Of a stretch of 64,000 bases of DNA, positions 26,899-37,081 are shown piece by piece; position 1 is the stretch's first letter, and every line of letters starts with the position of its first letter. Source of the DNA: a virus; IMG/VR virus record IMGVR_UViG_3300044796_000222, positions 1 through 64,000 of that record; one strand, given 5' to 3'. The notes beneath the pieces were generated by a model. That model saw nothing but the letters and a program-made list of their open reading frames with translations. It was not told where the DNA came from and did no database searches. Both the position numbers and the translations under genes were made by a program.

Positions 26899-28257
26899 TT
26901 ATCGCGGGCGGTTTGGGAAGAAGGCTTCGACGATGATCCAGTATGACGAGATGACGCCGCCAGTCGCAGAGCGCGTGAATCGCAGCGCCCCGGTCGTGGC
27001 ACTGACGTAGAGCCCGAAATAGTGTCCGGTCGTTGGCGCGATCGTTGGCGTCGTCAGGTTTGCTGGGTTCTGCGCGATGTCTGGGCTCACAACGCCAGCC
27101 CAAAACTGCGACGTCGTTGGGCCGGTCGACGCGTTCGGCGTCGTTGCGACAAACGAGTTGCCGGTGGTGAGGTAGACCGTTGTGCTGAGCGACCCGCTTC
27201 CAGTGTCGTGTGCCGTATATGGCATCAACTGACGCGTATATGCCGTGTTCGCTGGGTCTTCTTCGGCGAAGTTGTCCGCGGCTGGGTATGCGCCAACGAT
27301 AAACCGAACAAAGAAGTCGCCATTGCGCCAGTCGCGTGTGTCGTCCACGTCGAAATCGCCGGATGAGTGTGCGGTGTCGGCCGGGATTTTGATCGACTTC
27401 ACAACATATTCTTGGTCGGAACGACCTACAGCCATGGGCGTCCCGCTAGTCGGCGAGATAAATTCAAGGCCGGATGCGTTCGAAAATGGCCCACCGCCGC
27501 TTACCATTGCGGCGATGGAATTCGCTGCCGCCGAGTAGGCTCGCGTTGACTGGGCGAGCGACTTCTGCGATGACGGAACGAGGTGTCCCATCGAAAAAAC
27601 CTGGTTTCCACCACCGAGGTTATAGAACCCGACAGGCCCAGAAATCAAGCGGTGATTTGACAGACTCGCGGTGCTGACGTTCACAACATAAATCAACGGA
27701 ACGACCCATGTACCAGATGACGATGCTGGAATGGAGGCGATGTTCGGTACCGCGGTGCCTGTCGAAACGTATGTAGGCGAAGTTGCCCAAAACAACGACG
27801 CGACCGTTCCCTGCGCCGGAATCGATGGATTCACATATTGAATGAGTCCGCACAGCAACTCTACGCCCCATTCCGATGATGGCGCTGTCGGGACAGCGAT
27901 CGTTGTTGCCGCATCGATCGTTGCCGATAGGAGTGCGCGTGGGGTGCTTGAATTAATCGAAGAGCGGATTAGGCGCACTGGATTGACGGTGACGACGCCA
28001 GATGAGACGCTCGCCAAGAGCCCCGGCTGTTTTGCGCCAGGCGCATGTGTGACGGGGTTATATGTTGATGGCCAGATCGGGCAGTACCCCACGGCTACGT
28101 TAGTCGCGGATGCGGCTGACGGCGGTTGAAGGCAGAGCAGTTCATAAAGAGCGTCGTCGTCGGCCGACGTTGTGAGGTCGACTTCGCCGTTCGGTTGCCC
28201 AGGCGGAAGCGCCGTTCCCGTCGTACGCGTGTCCGAAAAGTTGATATTGCCGCGCAT
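26899..28257 (-). CDS. Putative tail/baseplate-attached protein
   Basis: Position after the gp48-like gene; S/T/G-rich. Confidence 0.65.
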   Translation of the reverse strand: MRGNINFSDTRTTGTALPPGQPNGEVDLTTSADDDALYELLCLQPPSAASATNVAVGYCPIWPSTYNPVTHAPGAKQPGLLASVSSGVVTVNPVRLIRSSINSSTPRALLSATIDAATTIAVPTAPSSEWGVELLCGLIQYVNPSIPAQGTVASLFWATSPTYVSTGTAVPNIASIPASSSGTWVVPLIYVVNVSTASLSNHRLISGPVGFYNLGGGNQVFSMGHLVPSSQKSLAQSTRAYSAAANSIAAMVSGGGPFSNASGLEFISPTSGTPMAVGRSDQEYVVKSIKIPADTAHSSGDFDVDDTRDWRNGDFFVRFIVGAYPAADNFAEEDPANTAYTRQLMPYTAHDTGSGSLSTTVYLTTGNSFVATTPNASTGPTTSQFWAGVVSPDIAQNPANLTTPTIAPTTGHYFGLYVSATTGALRFTRSATGGVISSYWIIVEAFFPNRPR

Positions 28258-29513
28258 TAGAGGAGTCCTGTTCCGAGCGGAGATGCCGGAGGCACCGTGG
28301 TTCCGAGGATGAACGGCGAGTCGACTCCACCGCCAAGCACATCAATCGTCGTCCACGACGACAAGATTGGGCCGAGCAGTTCCTTGGCGAGCAAGATGTC
28401 GGTAGGCCGAACTGAAGTGATGATGGCCGTCATCGTGTGGAGCGAGCAGAGCGGCGGATCGGTCGGTAGCACGCCGATATTGAACGAGGTGCCGTTGTTC
28501 TGGCCGACGTAGGCGAGCAGCGACGTCTGCCCGGTCGTGGTCGAAAAATAGTAGTTCACGGCAACGGCGCCATAGAGGAGCGACGTCGGTCCGACATTGA
28601 TGGACTGGCCGAGCGTAATCGCGATCGACGATGCTGGCGATGAAAACCACGACTGGCCGCTCGAATCAACGTACGCGACCGATACGGCATAGTTGCCAGC
28701 CGGCAGAGACCCGCCAGCCCCAAACGCAGTCAACGATGGCGCTGGCGGCGCTGGCGGATTCATCGCGACGCCGGTCGGCAGGTTCGTGATGTACAGTCCG
28801 TTTGTTGGCGTGAACACAAAATTTGAAACGAGCGCCAACGTCGTCAGAGCATTGACGGACGAAGACATGTAGACGTTTGTTGAAGCCGCACGCGGGTTGA
28901 TGCCTGTCGGTAGAGCGGCCGTGACGGCTGTATTCGCGCCGCTGAGCGTGACGACCTGCGGTTGGCTCGGGAACCCCTCGTTGCCGTACTGGTCAACCAT
29001 CGTCACGGCAAAGGCGTACTGGCCGGCCGCAAGAGAGCCGCCGCCGAGCAGGATCGTTTCGATCGATGCGATCGGAGTTAGACGTTGCTGCACTTGTGGA
29101 GTTGTGCCGGCAACGACGTGGGCGAACGGATCATTCAACGCGGCTCGCAGGACCGCATTCAGAACATCACGCCATGGAACGCCGGAGGCTTGCGCCTTCG
29201 CGAAGATGACCGCACGCCGCTGCGGGATCGTGGCGCCCGATGGCGGAGCGATCCCAAGGTGCTGCTCCCAAAGCGGGATCGACCAAGTTGCCAGTTGTGG
29301 GAGCGCGTTGTTCACCGCTGCCGCGTTCTGCGCCTGAGCGCGTGAGATGGCGCAAGCGATGACCTGATTCTCAATATTGAGAAGCGTCCCATCATCGTTG
29401 TTGATGAAGCCCTGCCCAGCGCCATCCTTCAATGACTGATAGATCGAATTCTCTTTCGACGGACCGCCGCCCATCGCCATGGGCATCCGGCAGAGGCCGC
29501 CCATGCGAGACAT
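28257..29513 (-). CDS. Baseplate protein, Mu gp48/YmfQ-like, with two inserted beta domains
   Basis: IPLWEQHLGI...TIPQRRAVI motif; GGSLxAGxYxxxV repeated twice. Confidence 0.7.
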   Translation of the reverse strand: MSRMGGLCRMPMAMGGGPSKENSIYQSLKDGAGQGFINNDDGTLLNIENQVIACAISRAQAQNAAAVNNALPQLATWSIPLWEQHLGIAPPSGATIPQRRAVIFAKAQASGVPWRDVLNAVLRAALNDPFAHVVAGTTPQVQQRLTPIASIETILLGGGSLAAGQYAFAVTMVDQYGNEGFPSQPQVVTLSGANTAVTAALPTGINPRAASTNVYMSSSVNALTTLALVSNFVFTPTNGLYITNLPTGVAMNPPAPPAPSLTAFGAGGSLPAGNYAVSVAYVDSSGQSWFSSPASSIAITLGQSINVGPTSLLYGAVAVNYYFSTTTGQTSLLAYVGQNNGTSFNIGVLPTDPPLCSLHTMTAIITSVRPTDILLAKELLGPILSSWTTIDVLGGGVDSPFILGTTVPPASPLGTGLL

Positions 29514-29983
29514 CAGTTGTTGACGATCAGCACGAACGAGGCGTCCGCGCTCAAGTGGACCGTGATGGCCGTTGGGGATGCGCCGCCGACGTTCAGGACC
29601 GTTCGTTGAACAGTCGCGGCGATGTCTGCGACACCAGGCGGCGTACATACCTGAGCGATCGCCATGACCGGGATGACGCTGTAACCGGTATTCAATGTAA
29701 CGACTGGAGCGCCAGCCGTCCCAAGAATGCTGACGAGCGATGACGGGATGCCGCGGCAATTCGTGATCGTGTATGTGCCGAAGGCATATTGAACCTGAAT
29801 TGTGCAGGCCCACGCCGACGCTTCGATCGCCTGGATCTCAGCTCGTGCTTGGTTCCAAGCGGCTGCGTCCATCTCCACTTGCGGATTCGTGAGCGCGCGA
29901 TCGTTCGCGAGGTCAGGACCCATGTTGGTCGTGACCGACCTGATTTGCGGGAAGTTCGGCGTCGGCGCGACAGGTGTTGCCAT
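29513..29983 (-). CDS. Putative virion protein
   Basis: Between baseplate genes. Confidence 0.65.
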   Translation of the reverse strand: MATPVAPTPNFPQIRSVTTNMGPDLANDRALTNPQVEMDAAAWNQARAEIQAIEASAWACTIQVQYAFGTYTITNCRGIPSSLVSILGTAGAPVVTLNTGYSVIPVMAIAQVCTPPGVADIAATVQRTVLNVGGASPTAITVHLSADASFVLIVNN

Positions 29984-29987
29984 TTGG

Positions 29988-31631
29988 TTAGGTGCTCGAA
30001 GGGCAGACGATCACTGTGCTCAACGTCAACAACCAAGGTGCCTGCCCTAGCACTGGCCCGGACGGGACGGTAGGGGTGAAATACGATCCGGTAAACGGAG
30101 CGATCGAGGCGTCGTTCGCGTCCGTGGCGTCGAGGATGGCGCCGGTGAGTCGCCCGGTAACATCGGTGGGCCACGAAACCGTTCCTGTCGCTGGATCGAT
30201 GTCGGTTGGGCGTGGGAAGCGTCGACGGCGAACGACGTCATCGGCCGTCAGTGCAGTCATCTCGCCCGGCCCGAGCCCGGCGAAGTAGGTCGGAATTGCG
30301 CCGGTGAGAGCGAGCGATGGCGAAAGCGGGGCGCCGGCCAATGCGTACAGTTGTGAACACCACGGAGCAACCGTTGCGCCGCCAGCCGCGATCGCGGCGG
30401 CGGGCGTTGCGTACGTGGCTGACGGGGGGAAAGGAACTGCGGCTTCAGTCGGCGCACTACCGTCTGACGCGGACCACGCGCCGACCGTGATGGCCCAAGT
30501 CGACATGCCGCTAAATGTCGCAGTGGCCGTGTATAGGATCTGCGCGTAGCAGAAACCTTTGCTCTGGAAAAATACGCCGATTGTATTCCCGGCGACAGGA
30601 GCCGTGGGCGATCCGCCGACCGGAACGAGCACGTAGAATTGGCTCAGGCCGGTTGAGCCGACCACAGCGTACCACGTTAGCGGGTCCGATCCGCTGATCG
30701 TCGCCGGCCAAACGTCGAACGGGTTATTGACGCTCGCCTCATAAGAGAGGACGATCGTTGTCGGCTGCGGGTTGACGGCGTTGACCGACGTGTTCTCAAA
30801 CACATCGTCTGGAATTCCTGGGATCATGACGCCAGACGATCCTTGGATGCCGGACTGAATTGCTCCCACCACGCGCGAGAGGAGCGTGGTTCCGGCTACG
30901 CGCGTTGCAGAAGATGCGCTTGTGGTCACAACGACATCCAGCGTGCCTGGGCCACGAAGCGCTGGGTACGGGAATGATTTCTCCACGCCAACGCATGAAT
31001 CGCAGAGCGCCTGGATCTGTGAGATGTTCCCGGCGGCTGGACGTGAACGGCGGACTTGCAGAATTGACTGCGCCCACTGAGCCGGCGTTTGCGGGTCAGC
31101 CCCGCCGCCAAGCGAGATTACGATCGCGTTGACGTTTACGCCGGGCGGGGGGTTCGACAGCGTAAGCGTCGTCCCGTCGTCGACATCGTAGCCGGCCCCG
31201 CTCGCCGAAGCGACGACGTTGATCGTGGCGGTCAATGAGGGGAGCGTGATGCTGACGGCGCCAGCGGTCAGGTATGTGTTGCCCGTCGTCGGGTTCACAA
31301 GGATCGCCCCGCTCCCGATCGTCTGCGGATAGGATGCGGTAACAGTCGCTTGACCAGACGAGAACTCAGCGCCCCCCTGCGCGACGCCATCGATTGCGGC
31401 GTGGAGCGGCAAGTAGACGTTCGGATCGCAGGTGTCAGGGAAGATTTGTTTCGATAGATACGTCGCGTTCGAATACGCTGGCGCAAGCGTGTTGGCGATC
31501 ACCGAATAGCGAATCCATGCGTCCTTGCCGGCCGTAGTGTCAACGGACGGCGCCATGACTCGCTGATCGCGCAGCATCATGTCGCGGAGTTGGTCAGTTG
31601 TGAAGACAGTGAGCGAAGGTGTAGCTGCCAT
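29988..31631 (-). CDS. Baseplate J / Mu gp47-like protein
   Basis: QIFPDT...LxLHAA; GGADP; RPAAGN; YPxxRGPGTLDV. Confidence 0.9.
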   Translation of the reverse strand: MAATPSLTVFTTDQLRDMMLRDQRVMAPSVDTTAGKDAWIRYSVIANTLAPAYSNATYLSKQIFPDTCDPNVYLPLHAAIDGVAQGGAEFSSGQATVTASYPQTIGSGAILVNPTTGNTYLTAGAVSITLPSLTATINVVASASGAGYDVDDGTTLTLSNPPPGVNVNAIVISLGGGADPQTPAQWAQSILQVRRSRPAAGNISQIQALCDSCVGVEKSFPYPALRGPGTLDVVVTTSASSATRVAGTTLLSRVVGAIQSGIQGSSGVMIPGIPDDVFENTSVNAVNPQPTTIVLSYEASVNNPFDVWPATISGSDPLTWYAVVGSTGLSQFYVLVPVGGSPTAPVAGNTIGVFFQSKGFCYAQILYTATATFSGMSTWAITVGAWSASDGSAPTEAAVPFPPSATYATPAAAIAAGGATVAPWCSQLYALAGAPLSPSLALTGAIPTYFAGLGPGEMTALTADDVVRRRRFPRPTDIDPATGTVSWPTDVTGRLTGAILDATDANDASIAPFTGSYFTPTVPSGPVLGQAPWLLTLSTVIVCPSST

Positions 31632-32090
31632 TTATTCGCTCGGGATCTGAACGACGCCGGTGGGATTGAATTGGATCGCATTCAACGAAGCGACCGTGCC
31701 GTTGATGTTGGCGAACGTCGATTGAACGGCCAGGTTCGCGATCGTGCCAGCGTCCAACATCGGTTGCAGCGCGGCCTGAATGTCGTTCTGCGCATTCGTG
31801 GCGCTGGCGGCCGTTCGGATCGTGATCGTAGTCAGGAGGTTGCCAACGGTTGCGTCGACGAAGGTGCCTTGAACCGTGGCGACACGGAAGAGCGCTTCTT
31901 CAATGATCGGATCGCCGCCCAGGTAGTCTCCGCTTGAATCAAGCGCGTAGTCTCCGTCGATGATGGCTCGGCACGTCGCAACCCCGTTCGTCGGCGCATA
32001 CGTCGGCGGCCACAGGACTTCGCCAATGCCGCCGCATGCTCCGAATCCGCACGGGAAGAAGCCGAGCGTGGAAATGGCGGGAGGGCTCAT
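31632..32090 (-). CDS. Baseplate wedge, Mu gp46-like
   Basis: Position; DIQAALQPMLDAG. Confidence 0.65.
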   Translation of the reverse strand: MSPPAISTLGFFPCGFGACGGIGEVLWPPTYAPTNGVATCRAIIDGDYALDSSGDYLGGDPIIEEALFRVATVQGTFVDATVGNLLTTITIRTAASATNAQNDIQAALQPMLDAGTIANLAVQSTFANINGTVASLNAIQFNPTGVVQIPSE

Positions 32091-32482
32091 GGCGTGGCTC
32101 CGGTTGCGTTGGTCGCGTCAGGGCACGGCGGGGTCGCTGGTAGCGTCGGAATCGTCGGGATGACCGGGATGTTCAGCGGGAACGGCGGCTGCGGCAGAGG
32201 GGCGACAGGGACAGCGAATGGGAGCGCGCCAGCGAAGGGTACGGGCGGCGACGGTGGGAGCGCGGGGATCGCCGGCAGCGGAGGAGCGCCAAGCGCCTGA
32301 GCAAGACCCGCTGGCGTCAGCGCGGGGATGGCTGGAACCGCGAAGGGTAGCGCGCCGGAATATGGAACCGGCGGTAGCGCTGGCAGCGTTGGGATGACGG
32401 GGAGCGGTGGGGCGCCCAAGGCTTCGGCGATTCCGGCCGGCGTGAGAAGCGGGAGCGTCGGAACCGCGAAGCCGCAACTCAT
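32087..32482 (-). CDS. Proline-rich protein with an internal duplication
   Basis: LTPAGxAxALGAPPLP...GALPFAVP twice; starts MSC and ends ...PPCP... Confidence 0.65.
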   Translation of the reverse strand: MSCGFAVPTLPLLTPAGIAEALGAPPLPVIPTLPALPPVPYSGALPFAVPAIPALTPAGLAQALGAPPLPAIPALPPSPPVPFAGALPFAVPVAPLPQPPFPLNIPVIPTIPTLPATPPCPDATNATGATP

Positions 32483-33267
32483 GGCGTTGCCTTGATCGTT
32501 GAGCTGCCAGCGGGCGTGAGTGCGAGCGGAATCGTTGGGGGAGTCGTAGGCGAACCTGCGGCGGCCGACGTATGGAAATGCAGATTGAACTGCTGCGTCA
32601 ACGAGGCAACAAGCGCCGCCAGATACGACAGTGTGATCACCGGATCGGACGCGTTCGCTCCGATATTGACGGCCTGCGCGTTCAACTGGACCATCGAGCC
32701 AGTGATCGTCGCCGTGCCGCCTTCGAAGTTCGCCGAGCATCCGCCGGTCGAGGATGACCAACCGATTCCGGTCGGCGTCATGGTCAGCCACGGGGCCGCG
32801 GCACCAGCGCTCGCTGGAATCCCGGTGAGCGAAAGCGTCGGCGTCGATGCGGACGTGTCGAAGAGAAACGAGCCGCCGAACGCCGCGATCCCGACCTGCT
32901 TTTGCTTGAAGAAGGCGCGCGAACCGAACGCGTTGAAAAGCGCGGACTCGCCAGCAAGAAGGTCGGCCGCGTATTTCGCGAACCGCGTGTCGCGCATCGC
33001 AACGGAAATATTCTCGTCACCCATCTGCGCGACAAGCGCTTCAGCGGATGCTTGGATATTCCCCTGCGCGTCGGTGGTGGGGACGGCAGGGACCGCAACC
33101 AGGCACCAAGGCCCAAGAGCATCATCCATCGGCGACTCGGAAGTCCCTGGGATGCCAGGAATTGTGTCAGCCGTAGCCTGGATTTGGAGCGTCTTCGTCG
33201 TCGGTGTGAATTGAGACCCGACAACGGTTGCCCATCGCATAATCCCGGCGTCGTCAGACTTGCGCAT
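32479..33267 (-). CDS. Baseplate spike, Mu gp45/gpV-like
   Basis: DxR...LxAGESALFN; C-terminal HFH metal site followed by PTTPP. Confidence 0.8.
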   Translation of the reverse strand: MRKSDDAGIMRWATVVGSQFTPTTKTLQIQATADTIPGIPGTSESPMDDALGPWCLVAVPAVPTTDAQGNIQASAEALVAQMGDENISVAMRDTRFAKYAADLLAGESALFNAFGSRAFFKQKQVGIAAFGGSFLFDTSASTPTLSLTGIPASAGAAAPWLTMTPTGIGWSSSTGGCSANFEGGTATITGSMVQLNAQAVNIGANASDPVITLSYLAALVASLTQQFNLHFHTSAAAGSPTTPPTIPLALTPAGSSTIKATP

Positions 33268-33269
33268 CG

Positions 33270-34877
33270 CTACGCCTCATTGACGGACGCGTCGGTTGGG
33301 GGGCCAAGCACGATGGAGTTCAGCGGGATCAGGTCGAGAATCGTGTGTGTGCCGCTTTCTTTCGATCGCGTGAACGTGCGGCTGATGATATACATCGGCC
33401 CCTCAATTTCGCCAGCGGGCCACACGACGTTCGCGGTGGTGTCGATCGCGTAGACGTATCCGTTCTGTGCGTGACCGCTCACCATCACGCGAACCACGTC
33501 CGCCGTCTGCCTTCGGATGCAGAGTTCGTAGTTGGCGCGCTGATCGGCGTCCGCCTTCGTTTTGCATGAGTTGTCATGTATCGTGATCGGACGATAGAGG
33601 CCCATCGATTGAATGAACGGGTCGAACACGACGGAATGGATCGGCGACCTCGCGAAGTCGCCGCCGACGCTGTGCCCATAGACGTGGATCTCTGACGGCC
33701 TATGCTCGATATTCTGAACCCTGCCGATCGACTCGCAGTTGTTGCCGTATGCCGCATCGCCCTGCTGGCAGATGAAACTGAACAGTGGGTCTTGCGTGAA
33801 GTTCGGCTTGCCGAACACGATCTTGCCGTCGGCGGTGCCCCAGATGAGCAGGTTGTAGCGGATCGCATGCCGGTGCAGGAAATCGTAGACCGATTCACCA
33901 GCGTGCGGCTTGGCCTTCTTGACGTCGATCGTGTTCAGCGCAGTAGTGGAAATGTATCGAGGTTTCTCTGCCGGGATGCGCGTAAAGCCAACCGGGACGT
34001 CAACGCCAGCTTGTGAAGCTGGAATGTATGCTCCGCTCGTCACATCGAGTATGTAGCTTGATTCTACGTCGACTACGATTTCGCCGCTGACGGCATCGAA
34101 ATGCGTAGCGCTCGCTTTCGTGCCAGCGTGGCCTGGTGTGGCCGGCGTGTCCGTCGACTGAAGCACGCCGGCCGCAAATGGCGTCACCTGATAGCCTGGA
34201 AACGCTAGCGGCGTCGGGATGTCGGCCCCAAGCATGCGAAGCCGAGCCTTCGCTTGCGCATTCTTGAGGAGGTCTGGTCCAACGATCGGGATCGCGGCGA
34301 TCGGGGCCGTAACGGACGCATCACCATCGATCAGCGCTTGTGCCCGCGCTTGGGACGGGTCACGCACCGTTGTCGTTGTCGACCCGCGCCCAAGTAGGAA
34401 GTTCCGGTTTGCCGCGTTATCGATCAAGATGTCGGATTCAGCGAATCCGAATGGCGCAAGAACCTTCAGGATGACGTCACGGAATGTGACGTTGTTGAAG
34501 ACGAGTCCCGGCATCACGTCAGAATCGACCAACGGGCGCATGTGGTCGTAGCCGACGATGTGATATTCTGTGCCGTGATCCTTGCTTGACTCGATGGAAC
34601 TTCGGTAGATACGCCCGCGCAACTGCAACGCTTGTCCATTTTGCGTTTCTACCTGCAAATAGATCGGCATCGCCATCGTAAGACTGCGATGCGAAATCGT
34701 GTCGCGCAGGCCGCCCGCTGCGCTTGGTGCCGGCTTCCTGAACTCGAACGAATCGGACGGATCGAGAAGATCGGACTTGATTGTATATGTTTCGTAGTCG
34801 GTAAACGTGTCGTCAGGGTCTTTCGACCGCAGGACGGCAATGCAGTCGTTCGGGCCGAACTGCCAGTTGTCGCTCAT
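33270..34877 (-). CDS. Baseplate hub, Mu gp44/gpP-like
   Basis: YTIKSDLLDPSDSFEF; GYD...LVDS; GESVYDFLxRxA...WxTADG. Confidence 0.85.
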   Translation of the reverse strand: MSDNWQFGPNDCIAVLRSKDPDDTFTDYETYTIKSDLLDPSDSFEFRKPAPSAAGGLRDTISHRSLTMAMPIYLQVETQNGQALQLRGRIYRSSIESSKDHGTEYHIVGYDHMRPLVDSDVMPGLVFNNVTFRDVILKVLAPFGFAESDILIDNAANRNFLLGRGSTTTTVRDPSQARAQALIDGDASVTAPIAAIPIVGPDLLKNAQAKARLRMLGADIPTPLAFPGYQVTPFAAGVLQSTDTPATPGHAGTKASATHFDAVSGEIVVDVESSYILDVTSGAYIPASQAGVDVPVGFTRIPAEKPRYISTTALNTIDVKKAKPHAGESVYDFLHRHAIRYNLLIWGTADGKIVFGKPNFTQDPLFSFICQQGDAAYGNNCESIGRVQNIEHRPSEIHVYGHSVGGDFARSPIHSVVFDPFIQSMGLYRPITIHDNSCKTKADADQRANYELCIRRQTADVVRVMVSGHAQNGYVYAIDTTANVVWPAGEIEGPMYIISRTFTRSKESGTHTILDLIPLNSIVLGPPTDASVNEA

Positions 34878-35863
34878 GACGGCAAGTAGTAGTTGATGTC
34901 CGAACCCTGCGGAACTACGTTCCAGTCTGGGACATTGTTTAGTTTGATCAGGTCTGCCGGCGAGCACTTGGTCGCGGTGGCGATGGCGACGATGTTGGTG
35001 TCAACCTTTGTCGAATAAATGCCGATCTGGCGCGCGTTCAGTATCTGGAAGATCGCGTTCGACAGATTGTCGTGGACGATAACCAACTGCTGATAGATCG
35101 GCCATTCCGAAGTTGACTTCAATGAGCCGGGCTGCTGCAATATCGTCGAGATCGCGCCGAGCGTCAGGTTGGCTTGCTGGACCGGCAGCGATAGGTTGTC
35201 TTCGATGACTTGCAGGTTCGCCAGGATCGTATTGATCGCCCCGAACCAACTCGCGATCACGTTGCCGCCGGAGTCCGTGAACAGTTGCGGCGTTGGGATT
35301 GGCGCAAGCTTGAACATGTTGTCCAACGTCTGCGCTTGCTGAGGCAGCGAACCGACGGCGCTTGGCAGCGGGAGAACCGACAGCGCTGTTGAGTTGTCTT
35401 CCCAGAACTGAATTGTGACCATCGCGCCATCACGCGCCGTCGCGATATAACTTTCATTGACCTTGATGACGGCCTTCGGGATGGTGCCGAGCCCAGCCGG
35501 CAGAACAAGCGCTTGGCTCTTCTGCGTCTGGGCGGCATCCCTCAACTTCGCAACGTTGCCAGGCCAGAGTACGTTTTGCGACTGAACGCCGTGCGTGATC
35601 ATTCCTACATAGAACGGTGCGACGATTTGTCCGGTCGTCTGCTCGCGGCCAGTGTATTCAGCGTCGGCGCCGGGTCGATACGGGTACTTGTGCCATGCGA
35701 CCTGAGAACCGCTGTAAATCTGGAACGAATGAACCGGGATTGTGATCCCGGCGTACGAACAGATCGCCGCATTCGAGAACAGGTCATTCTGCTTGCCGCT
35801 GGACGCTTTTGCTGTACCGGCGCCGCCGCTGCCGTTGGACAGCCCAGACGAAGTGTCTGCCAT
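34874..35863 (-). CDS. Mu gpN-like DNA circularisation/tail protein with LysM-like C-terminus
   Basis: SYAGITIPV...HKYPYRPGADAEYTGR; DLIKLNNVPDWNVVPQG. Confidence 0.8.
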   Translation of the reverse strand: MADTSSGLSNGSGGAGTAKASSGKQNDLFSNAAICSYAGITIPVHSFQIYSGSQVAWHKYPYRPGADAEYTGREQTTGQIVAPFYVGMITHGVQSQNVLWPGNVAKLRDAAQTQKSQALVLPAGLGTIPKAVIKVNESYIATARDGAMVTIQFWEDNSTALSVLPLPSAVGSLPQQAQTLDNMFKLAPIPTPQLFTDSGGNVIASWFGAINTILANLQVIEDNLSLPVQQANLTLGAISTILQQPGSLKSTSEWPIYQQLVIVHDNLSNAIFQILNARQIGIYSTKVDTNIVAIATATKCSPADLIKLNNVPDWNVVPQGSDINYYLPS

Positions 35864-35865
35864 GG

Positions 35866-37080
35866 CTACGATCCCAGCGGAGCCGAATAAATGTTCGCCG
35901 AATAATGGCCGTCTGGTTCAAGTTGCGCGAAGCCTTGCCAGATGAGCCCTTCGCCGACCAACTCTGGCGCAAGCGGTTGAGGATAGGCTTGCGACTGCGC
36001 GATCGACGTGACAGGAGCGATTGACGCGAACCCGTTGACGGATGGGCTTACGATGATGTTTTGACCGGCACCGAAGCCTGCCGGGTTGCCGTAAAACGTC
36101 GCGATGAAAGGGACTGTGAGCGACCCAGTATCATCGGACGTGAGCGATTCCGTTGTTGTGAATGTGTAAGATGGGAATCCGTTCCAATACAGCGCAGTGC
36201 CGATCGGCAGTGCGGTGCGATTGAGCGCGGCAACGGTTACGGTAGGAGCGATGGCGTTCGTCGACGGGCTCGTGCTTATGACATTCAACGTTTTTCCGAC
36301 CGAAATCGAAGACGCGTTGTCGCTAGTGACCCACACGATCGGCACCGTATCGGTGACGGCTCCTGTCACGCCGACCACCGTGCCATCGATGATGAAGTTG
36401 GCGACAGTGTATTGTGCGCCTGTGGCCGGGTCTTCGAGCAACGCGGTAGTGACGCCGCTTGTGCCAACAAGTTGTTGCACTGTTGCTGTCGTCGATAGGC
36501 CCGACACGGGCGAAGTGAACGTCAATTTCGAACCAAGCGTCACGTTGCCGGCGACGCTGGAGGAAGCCTCGCCGACGGCGACGGTTTGAAGGCCAGCCGT
36601 CGTGAGCGACGCTGTTGCCGTCGTGAGATACGCCTTCCCGCTGAACGGGTCCTCCAACTGTGTCCCGATCGGCAGGTTGCCGCCTGGCGCGACATATATT
36701 TGGAACTGCACCGTCTTCGCGAGTCGGCCGGTGAATGTCACGGTTGGCTGCGCGCCGCCAGCGGAAGCCGCCAGTTGGAAGAAGCCGGACAACTTCGGCA
36801 GCGGCGGCACGTCCGTCGCGGCAACCTGCATCTGCGTGATGCCTTGGCGACCGTCAGGCGCCTGCGAAAGCACGCGCGCCTTCACCATGCCGTTCGCAGC
36901 AGCGCTGACGCTCAGCACTTTGATGTTCGTTGTTGGGGCGCCTGTGGCGATCGCGTTCGCGTCAGTCGGGAGCGCCGCCGCTGCTGCTGCAAGATACGTT
37001 GCCTGGATCGAGGCCACGCCGGTCGCTACCGCCGCGCTCGCATCATCGTACGTTGCGTAGAACGATCGATAGAACGGCAT
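35866..37080 (-). CDS. Putative tail/baseplate protein
   Basis: Follows the tape measure gene; LPIGT... repeats resembling baseplate-J N-terminal domains. Confidence 0.65.
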   Translation of the reverse strand: MPFYRSFYATYDDASAAVATGVASIQATYLAAAAAALPTDANAIATGAPTTNIKVLSVSAAANGMVKARVLSQAPDGRQGITQMQVAATDVPPLPKLSGFFQLAASAGGAQPTVTFTGRLAKTVQFQIYVAPGGNLPIGTQLEDPFSGKAYLTTATASLTTAGLQTVAVGEASSSVAGNVTLGSKLTFTSPVSGLSTTATVQQLVGTSGVTTALLEDPATGAQYTVANFIIDGTVVGVTGAVTDTVPIVWVTSDNASSISVGKTLNVISTSPSTNAIAPTVTVAALNRTALPIGTALYWNGFPSYTFTTTESLTSDDTGSLTVPFIATFYGNPAGFGAGQNIIVSPSVNGFASIAPVTSIAQSQAYPQPLAPELVGEGLIWQGFAQLEPDGHYSANIYSAPLGS

Positions 37081-37081
37081 C